From the NCBI GenBank assembly GCA_965218395.1, contig OZ244620.1, positions 1,413,268 to 1,477,267 on the forward strand: DNA of 64,000 bases, given 5' to 3'. The number at the start of each line of letters is the position of its first letter. Position 1 is the stretch's first letter. Below, in pieces: positions 57,464 to 64,000 of this stretch. A model generated the notes under the pieces. It worked only from the letters and a program-made list of their open reading frames with translations. It made no database searches and had not been told where the DNA came from. Made by a program: the position numbers and the translations under genes. Source of the stretch: an uncultured Candidatus Binatia bacterium. GTDB lineage: Bacteria > Desulfobacterota > Binatia > Bin18.

Positions 57464-57785
57464 GGCTCGTAGCCCCGAATCGAAAGAGTGGCCGTATGAC
57501 TTTTATGGAATGGATTGCAATCGGTATTGGCGTTTCTATCCTCGCTAGAGCGTTTCACGATAAGTTGTAGCCATGCCAGTCCGCGCTCGTCGGGAAAGAC
57601 AATGGCTGGCCCCAAGCGGCCAGGGAGGGGGGGGCTCCCCGCCTGGGAGGGCGGCCATCCTGGCCGCCATGCGGGCTGGAAGCCCGCACTCCTCCAGGAG
57701 GAGAGAGACGCGCTACATAGCATCGTGATTTGCTCTAGCGTCGCAATTTTTGCTTGGAAGATTGTCACCTACCGTTAATTGAGCG

Positions 57786-58673
57786 ATGACGACCGTCCTT
57801 AAAACAACCGCCGAGACCGGTATAGACCTGCCGACTCGGCAGCATCCTGTTGTGACCCTGCATGGGGACGCGCGCGACCTTATTCGGCAGTTCCCGAATG
57901 ATACGTTTCAATGCGTCATCACGTCGCCTCCGTATTGGGGCGTAAGAGACTACGGCATTGAAAATCAGATCGGTGCCGAGCCGGACTTATTTCAATACAT
58001 TGAACACCTTGTCGGCGTCTTTCGTGAGGTTCGTAGGGTGTTGAAGTCGGATGGCACGTTCTGGCTCAATATCGGCAATACCTATTCGTCCGGTGGCAGA
58101 AAATGGCGGGATACAGATGATAAGAATAAAGGCCGGGCCATGTCGTACCGCCCGCCAACCCCACCCGGACTGAAGAAAAAGGATCTGATTGGAGTCGCCT
58201 GGTTATTAGCCCTGGAATGTCAAAAAGACGGTTGGTATCTACGCAATGACATTATCTGGCACAAGCCCAATTGCCAGCCGGAAAGCGTCAAAGACAGGTT
58301 TACGGTGTCCCACGAATATCTGTTCATGTTTTCAAAATCCGAGCGGTACTATTTTGACCAGGAAGAAATTAAGGAGAACACGACACAGGGCAACGGACGG
58401 AAAAACAGGCGAACGGTCTGGTCGATAAATACGGAGCCCTGTCCGGAGGCGCATTTTGCGGTCTTTCCCAGAGCCTTGATTCGACCCTGCATTGTCGCCG
58501 GCAGCCGTAAAGACGATATTATCCTTGACCCTTTTTATGGCGCCGGCACGGTCGGGATTGTGACACAAGAACTCGGGCGGCGCTGTATCGGTATAGAACT
58601 GAATAGTGAGTATCTGGACATCGCAGAGCGGCGGGCGGCAATGGTGCAAGCGGCCCTCATTCCTGAGGTATGA
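57786..58673 (+). CDS. Site-specific DNA methyltransferase, beta-class N4-cytosine/N6-adenine (type II R-M methylase)
   Basis: Motif IV ITSPPYW precedes motif I DPFYGAGTVG (beta-class circular permutation). 295 aa. Confidence 0.8.
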   Translation: MTTVLKTTAETGIDLPTRQHPVVTLHGDARDLIRQFPNDTFQCVITSPPYWGVRDYGIENQIGAEPDLFQYIEHLVGVFREVRRVLKSDGTFWLNIGNTYSSGGRKWRDTDDKNKGRAMSYRPPTPPGLKKKDLIGVAWLLALECQKDGWYLRNDIIWHKPNCQPESVKDRFTVSHEYLFMFSKSERYYFDQEEIKENTTQGNGRKNRRTVWSINTEPCPEAHFAVFPRALIRPCIVAGSRKDDIILDPFYGAGTVGIVTQELGRRCIGIELNSEYLDIAERRAAMVQAALIPEV

Positions 58674-58680
58674 AAAATTC

Positions 58681-59424
58681 CTACTGCGCGTGAACTCGAC
58701 AGGCATCTTTACTCAAGTTCTTGATCTGTAATTTTCTCTCGCCGCCACCGTCAAAGCATAGACTGAAAACAGTCTGGCCGTCCTCATTACGAACATAACA
58801 GTAGCCGGGCTTTGGGAACTGCTTGCTGCCTAATTTCATTTCCAACTGACCACCATTGGCGAGTTTGAGAATATCTATTGGGATTTCAACAAGTTCATAT
58901 TTCCAGCGCGGTGCCTTTCTGACAGCCCGCAGACTCAGTATCTTCTCATAGCACTCCAGATGGTTGAGAAACTGGCCGCGCAATCCTTCCAGATCGTTCG
59001 GGTCATCACCCCAATCTCCTCTCCCCAGTTCCATGAATTTGCTGATCCACAAGGTGCCTTCCTTAATATTTTTATCCGTCTGCGTCTTCAATGATAATTG
59101 CACCCCATCAACGGTAGCGTCATGGCCCGGATTGCCTTTTGGAGCCAGTTCAGCCTTATGCCCGCTCATCTTCAGGACATGGACGAGAACGTATTCAAAC
59201 TTATCCTTACTAAAGGGTTCTGACGAGAAACTATGATGAACCCGCAGGGCATCTCCAAAGTTTTGCAGGGTGGTTTCATCGAATAAATCACTCCCATTCA
59301 ATATGAATGTGTGATCGGCAGAGAAAACAGAGACCACACGCCGAATCCAGTGGAGTTGGCCAGCGGTCAATGCTGGGATTGAGCGTACTAATGATTCTAT
59401 AAGCTGCCGTTTATCGGTGTTCAT
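58681..59424 (-). CDS. Type II restriction endonuclease (SmaI/Cfr9I-like by motif recall)
   Basis: Convergent with and 8 bp from the methyltransferase stop. GC about 48% against about 62% background. Motifs NPGHDATVDGV..LKT, SKQFPKPGYCYV, FSLCFDGGGERKLQIK resemble my recollection of the SmaI-family REase. Not verifiable here. Confidence 0.5.
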   Translation of the reverse strand: MNTDKRQLIESLVRSIPALTAGQLHWIRRVVSVFSADHTFILNGSDLFDETTLQNFGDALRVHHSFSSEPFSKDKFEYVLVHVLKMSGHKAELAPKGNPGHDATVDGVQLSLKTQTDKNIKEGTLWISKFMELGRGDWGDDPNDLEGLRGQFLNHLECYEKILSLRAVRKAPRWKYELVEIPIDILKLANGGQLEMKLGSKQFPKPGYCYVRNEDGQTVFSLCFDGGGERKLQIKNLSKDACRVHAQ

Positions 59425-59464
59425 TCTTTTTCATAACTATCCAGAAAAGAGAATTGGCTCGCGT

Positions 59465-60685
59465 TCACACCGGGCCGCTGCGCAGAATCTGCTTGCGCTC
59501 CAACTCCTGCACCTGGTCTGGCGTATAGCCGAGCCATTGGGTCAGGATTTCGCTATTATGCTCGCCCAGCGTCGGGGCTTGTAGCTCAAGGGTCTGGGGA
59601 AATTCCGAAAACCGGAGCGCGAATCCGGGGACATCCATGTCGCCGAGAATACGGTCATGGACCGTTCGGACCGTTCCGCGCTGGCGCAGATGCGGATGCT
59701 GGAGCGCCTCGGGTACGGACAGAATGGGGGCGATCGGCACATGATGTTCTTTCAGGGTCGCAATGGCCGCGTCATCACTCGGCTGAGAGCGCAGCCAGGC
59801 CTCAATGGTGTCTACCAACTCGTCCAGGTGATTCATGCGCGCCTCGTTGTCGGTAAAGCGCGGGTCGCGTGCCAGCTCCGGCTGCCCCATTGCATCGCAT
59901 AGCTTGGTCCAGTGCTGCTCCAGAGGGGCGATAAGAATCATATAACGCTCACGCCCCTTGAACACGCCAGCGGGGGCCGCATACCACGAGTGCGCCCCCG
60001 AGCGGGTCGGGTTTATTTTTCCCTTGCTCAGGCTGTACATCTGAAAGCCGGCCTCATGGTAATGCGCATAGGTATCGAGCAGCGCCAGGTCCAAATGCTG
60101 CCCGCGCCCGGTCCGCTCGCGGTATAACAGCGCGGCGCAGACCGCGCCCATGGCATGCGCGCCGGTCGAAACGTCGCCCAAGGCCACCATCGGGAATATG
60201 GGCGGGCCGTCCTTTTCGCCCCCCATCGAGGTGACGCCGGAGTAAGCCGCGCCCACCCAGTCGAAACCGGGCTCATGCGCGAGCGGGCCGGTCTGTCCAA
60301 AGGCGGAAATCGAGCACATCACCAGCCGCGGATTGAGCTGACTCACCACGTCGTAGCCGAGACCCAGGCGGCCGATGACGCCGGGGGCATAGTTCTCGAC
60401 CAGCACATCGACTTTCTCAACCAGTTCTTTGAGGATGGTCAGTCCCTCGGGAGTTTTGGCGTCAAGGCATACGTCCTTCTTGCCGCGGTTGTGCTGGACA
60501 AAATAACCGCTGCGGCCATCGACCAGGACCGGCCCCATACGCGCGCCGTCGCCGGCCGGCGCCAGTTCCACCTTGATGACCTCAGCCCCCATTTCGGCCA
60601 GCATCAGCGTGCAGGTCGGTCCTGCCACAATTTGTGAGAAATCCAAGACCTTATAGCCATCCAGCACATGCTTCGGCCGATTCAT
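59465..60685 (-). CDS. CaiB/BaiF family III CoA-transferase
   Basis: Start trimmed to MNRPKHVLDGYKVLDFSQIVAGPTCTLMLAEMGAEVIKVE. Confidence 0.75.
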   Translation of the reverse strand: MNRPKHVLDGYKVLDFSQIVAGPTCTLMLAEMGAEVIKVELAPAGDGARMGPVLVDGRSGYFVQHNRGKKDVCLDAKTPEGLTILKELVEKVDVLVENYAPGVIGRLGLGYDVVSQLNPRLVMCSISAFGQTGPLAHEPGFDWVGAAYSGVTSMGGEKDGPPIFPMVALGDVSTGAHAMGAVCAALLYRERTGRGQHLDLALLDTYAHYHEAGFQMYSLSKGKINPTRSGAHSWYAAPAGVFKGRERYMILIAPLEQHWTKLCDAMGQPELARDPRFTDNEARMNHLDELVDTIEAWLRSQPSDDAAIATLKEHHVPIAPILSVPEALQHPHLRQRGTVRTVHDRILGDMDVPGFALRFSEFPQTLELQAPTLGEHNSEILTQWLGYTPDQVQELERKQILRSGPV

Positions 60686-60827
60686 TTTACCCTCCCACAG
60701 TCTTATACTGCTCCCATAACAGCCCGGAGCAGGGAGACAAGAGGGCGGAGCAGGGCCATATGACCTATTCTGGCTCCGGTGAGAGCGTGGAGTGAGAACA
60801 TTCAGGCAACCCATAAGGAGCGGACGT

Positions 60828-61973
60828 ATGAACCTCGTCACTGCCGCACTCGAACTGCAACCCCTAATCCGCAAGTATCTTGGCAAAGGAGAACAGGAAG
60901 CCAGACTGGTGAACGAGGTGTTCGCCGCGGTCGGCCAGGTCGGGCTCTTCCGCCTCTTCGCCCCGCACGAAGTCGGTGGCCTGGAAGCCTCCCCGGCGGT
61001 CGCGTTCGCCGCTATTGAAGCGGTCAGTGCCGCCGACCCGGCCGTGGGCTGGTGTATCGGCAATTCTCAACCGGCCTGCCTGGCTGCCGGCTGGCTGGCC
61101 GAGGACGAGCGGGCGAAACTCTTTGCCGAGCCGGATCGCAACTTCGGCTTCTCGGCGGCACCGGCCGGGCGGGCCGTGCCGGAACATGGTGGCTATCGCC
61201 TCAGTGGTCAGTGGCCGGTTGTGACGGGCTGTGAGGATGCGAGCTGGTGCGCCCTGGCGGGTCTGGTCATGGATGGAGATACGCCGCGCCAGGTGCATGG
61301 CGTGGCCGACGGACGTCTTTTCCTGGTTCCAACGGTGGACAGCGTCATCTCTCCAACCTGGCAGGCGGCCGCGGCCATGCGTGGAACGGGCAGTAACGCG
61401 GTGAGTGTCCACGAGGTATTCGTGCCGGAAGGATTCGCCCATACTCCGGCCAAGCCACGCCTGATTGACCGTCCCCTGTATCGCCTCCCGCTCCCGTTGT
61501 TGTTTGCGCCGGCCGGTGCGGCCGTCGCTCTGGGGGCCTTGGACACCGCTGTGGCGAGTGCCAGCGAAGCGCTGGGGGCAAAGGTCTCCTCCTTTAGCGG
61601 GCAGACGGTTCGTGACCAAACGCCGATTCAGGAGCTGATTGCCCACAGCAGCGCCGCGTTACGGGCGGCCCGCGCAGGGCTTTTTGCCGCGACGAAAGCC
61701 GTCTGGGACCTGGCGAGTAGCGGGGCTGAGGTCCCGCTGCCGCTCCGGGCGGAACTGTACGCCTCCACTTTCTATGTCCTGGACACGGCGCGGGATACCG
61801 TCAGCCAGCTGTACGCCCGGGGCACGCGCGCCGGGTTTATGCAGGGCAACCCACTGGAACGGGCGCTCAGGAATTTGCACGCCATCGCCTTTGGCTATGA
61901 ATCCTCGCGCGGCATTCAGCATTCCGCCGGGCGGGTATTACTCGGCGGCGAGCCGCTTGACCCCCTGTTCTGA
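60828..61973 (+). CDS. Acyl-CoA dehydrogenase family protein
   Basis: Start MNLVTAAL. ACAD N-terminal, middle and C-terminal domain arrangement; 381 aa. Divergent from ACADs. Confidence 0.6.
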   Translation: MNLVTAALELQPLIRKYLGKGEQEARLVNEVFAAVGQVGLFRLFAPHEVGGLEASPAVAFAAIEAVSAADPAVGWCIGNSQPACLAAGWLAEDERAKLFAEPDRNFGFSAAPAGRAVPEHGGYRLSGQWPVVTGCEDASWCALAGLVMDGDTPRQVHGVADGRLFLVPTVDSVISPTWQAAAAMRGTGSNAVSVHEVFVPEGFAHTPAKPRLIDRPLYRLPLPLLFAPAGAAVALGALDTAVASASEALGAKVSSFSGQTVRDQTPIQELIAHSSAALRAARAGLFAATKAVWDLASSGAEVPLPLRAELYASTFYVLDTARDTVSQLYARGTRAGFMQGNPLERALRNLHAIAFGYESSRGIQHSAGRVLLGGEPLDPLF

Positions 61974-62139
61974 ACGGAGACGCCGGGTGTCCGACTCGGT
62001 GTTGCTCGCCCGTATTGAACAGTCCGCTTGGACGAAACTTTCCCTGATCGTCGCCTATGCAACCCGCTTGTTCTCCGCTATCACTATGCCGTGAAAAGGA
62101 CCGCTACTTGATAAGAAAACGGGGATCGAGAGGAAAACG

Positions 62140-64000
62140 ATGCGTGAACAACACACCCTTGACCGTCAAGAGGAAACACAGGAGTTTGCCCAAGCCATTA
62201 CCACCGCGAATATCCCGGCGCTGCTGATGGTCTTGGTGCAGTTGACCGGAGAGCTGCACTGGTTGGAGGAACCGTACCGTCTCACCCGCGCCCGAGGCAT
62301 GGGGGATAATGATTCCGGCGGTCTGTCTGAGGAACTCCAAACGAAAATTCGTCAGGCGGCGCTTGAGGCGATCCTGGCCTGGCGGGCGGGCAAGCCGGTG
62401 GCTCTTCCTGATCCCTGTCCGGAACTCCGACTCAGGATGCTGAGTTGGGCCATGGCCGAGAGGGTTCCGGCCGAATATGACCCGATCATCGAAGCCGAGC
62501 TGGCGCCCGTGTCGGGCAATGGCAATAACGGTCTACACAAGCTGCCGGTCCCGGACGGGTTTGCAGTCCTCATTATCGGGGCCGGCGTCTCTGGCCTGTG
62601 TACGGCGATTAAGCTCCGGCAGGCCGGGATTCCCTTCACCATCCTGGAAAAGAGCGCTAGCCTGGGCGGCACGTGGCGCGACAACCACTATCCGGGGGCG
62701 GGGGTTGATACCCCGAATCATCTTTACTCGTTCTCCTTTGCGCCCTACGACTGGTCCATGTATTTCGCCTTGCGCGACGAACTCACAGCCTATCTTGAAC
62801 ACGTGGCGGATGAGTTCAACCTGCGCTCGCATATCCGCTTCGAAACCGAGGTCGAGTCCGCGGATTATGACACCGACACCCAGTGCTGGCGGGTCGCCGT
62901 GAAGCGGGCTGACGGCTCACGGCAGACGCTCGCGTCAAACGTCCTCATTAGTGCGGTCGGCATTTTTAATCCGATCAAGTTACCGCATATCAAGGGGCTG
63001 GAGCGCTTTGCCGGCCCAGCCTTCCATACGGCCGAGTGGCCGCAGGAGCTTGATCTCACCGGCAAACGGGTGGCCATCATCGGCAATGGTGCCAGCGCCA
63101 TGCAGGTCGGGCCCGAGATTCAGCATCAGGTAGCATCGCTGACCATCTTTCAGAAGTCGGCGCACTGGGTCGCCCCCAACGAACAGTTTCGCAAACCTAT
63201 CCCCGCCGCCATGCGTTTCATGCTGCGCGAGGTGCCGTTATACCGGGTCTGGTACCGCTTACGCCTGGGCTGGACGTTTGGCGACCGGGTGCATACGACC
63301 TTACAGAAGGACCCCGACTGGCCGTATGCCGACCGCTCGCTCAACAAGGCCAACGATTCGCATCGCGGCTACTTCACCCAGTATATTGTCTCGGAAATTG
63401 GTGACCGGACCGAGTTGCTCGACAAAGTTGTTCCCAACTATCCACCCTTTGGCAAACGCATGCTGATGGATAACGGCTGGTACCGCATGTTGCGCAACGA
63501 CAAGGTAGAACTCGTCTCAAACCCCATTATTGAGATCGGTCCGGACCGGGTTCTGACCGAAGACGGCGCCGAGTATGCAGCCGATGTCCTCATCATCGCC
63601 ACGGGTTTCGATGTCCTCCGCTTCCTGACCTCCTTTGAGGCGCGCGGCCGCTCAGGGCGGAGCCTGCGGGCCGTGTGGGACGATGATAACGCGCGTGCCT
63701 ATCTCGGTCTCAGCATACCTGACTTCCCCAACTTCTTTTGCCTGTACGGTCCCAACCTCCAGCCGGGCCACGGCGGGAGTTTCATGTTCATCGCCGAGAT
63801 GCAGGTGCGCTACATCATGGACATGCTGAAGAAGATGCTGAGCCAGGGGCTGGGCGCGGTCGAATGTCGTCAAGACGTCCACGACGCCTACAACGCGCGT
63901 ATAGACCAGGCGCATGAAAATATGGTCTGGACCCATCCGGGTATGGAAACCTACTACCGCAACGCCCGCGGCAGGGTGGTTGTGAACTCGCCGTATCGCA
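62140..64000 (+). CDS. Flavin-containing / Baeyer-Villiger-type monooxygenase (FAD/NAD(P)-binding), 3-prime truncated by window end
   Basis: ORF absent from the supplied track because it has no in-window stop. ATG at 62140, frame open to 64000. GAGVSGLCTAIKL FAD motif, second Rossmann motif IIGNGASAMQ. Confidence 0.7.
   Translation, partial: MREQHTLDRQEETQEFAQAITTANIPALLMVLVQLTGELHWLEEPYRLTRARGMGDNDSGGLSEELQTKIRQAALEAILAWRAGKPVALPDPCPELRLRMLSWAMAERVPAEYDPIIEAELAPVSGNGNNGLHKLPVPDGFAVLIIGAGVSGLCTAIKLRQAGIPFTILEKSASLGGTWRDNHYPGAGVDTPNHLYSFSFAPYDWSMYFALRDELTAYLEHVADEFNLRSHIRFETEVESADYDTDTQCWRVAVKRADGSRQTLASNVLISAVGIFNPIKLPHIKGLERFAGPAFHTAEWPQELDLTGKRVAIIGNGASAMQVGPEIQHQVASLTIFQKSAHWVAPNEQFRKPIPAAMRFMLREVPLYRVWYRLRLGWTFGDRVHTTLQKDPDWPYADRSLNKANDSHRGYFTQYIVSEIGDRTELLDKVVPNYPPFGKRMLMDNGWYRMLRNDKVELVSNPIIEIGPDRVLTEDGAEYAADVLIIATGFDVLRFLTSFEARGRSGRSLRAVWDDDNARAYLGLSIPDFPNFFCLYGPNLQPGHGGSFMFIAEMQVRYIMDMLKKMLSQGLGAVECRQDVHDAYNARIDQAHENMVWTHPGMETYYRNARGRVVVNSPYR

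Noticed and set aside
1-64000. Search for CRISPR arrays, rRNA, tRNA and IS transposases
   Set aside because: No regularly spaced direct repeats with unique spacers, no rRNA-like conserved blocks, and no transposase/integrase ORFs were seen. The only repeat arrays are the two short promoter-proximal tandem repeats reported above.

Overview
This 64 kb window is a high-GC (about 60-65%) bacterial chromosomal segment with no rRNA, tRNA or CRISPR array detectable by eye.

Housekeeping core:
- tmk-holB-metG-tatD operon.
- fur, ftsH, rpiA and a fused transaldolase/glucose-6-phosphate isomerase gene.
- The hopanoid radical-SAM gene hpnH.
- A type IV pilus minor-pilin cluster (pilV-pilW-pilX-fimT/gspH-pilD).
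- Many acyl-CoA and amidohydrolase metabolic genes: three CaiB/BaiF CoA-transferase paralogs, a TPP enzyme, an FAD oxidase, a crotonyl-CoA carboxylase/reductase-like enzyme, an acyl-CoA dehydrogenase, a flavin monooxygenase and two amidohydrolase-2 genes.
- Two ECF sigma modules. One is a CorE-like sigma with a Cys-rich tail downstream of an ArsI/CadI-like VOC enzyme. The other is sigma/anti-sigma plus two CpxP/Spy-like periplasmic proteins.

Accessory content:
- At least four type II toxin-antitoxin pairs: three MazF/PemK toxins with antitoxins, plus HicAB. There is also an orphan AbrB-fold gene next to a SprT-like HExxH protein.
- A lower-GC islet carrying HicAB and an HNH-nuclease-domain protein with an unknown C-terminal domain.
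- A convergent type II restriction-modification pair (beta-class N4C/N6A methyltransferase with a lower-GC SmaI/Cfr9I-like endonuclease).
- The most interesting item is a lower-GC two-gene operon: a Schlafen-like AlbA_2 + HATPase_c_4 ATPase translationally coupled to an extended ParA/MinD-like ATPase. It looks like an undescribed defence or abortive-infection module.

Smaller observations: a fused EtfB-EtfA gene, a TIMP/NTR-like secreted protein, two short tandem-repeat arrays in promoter regions, and perfect inverted repeats that are candidate operators.
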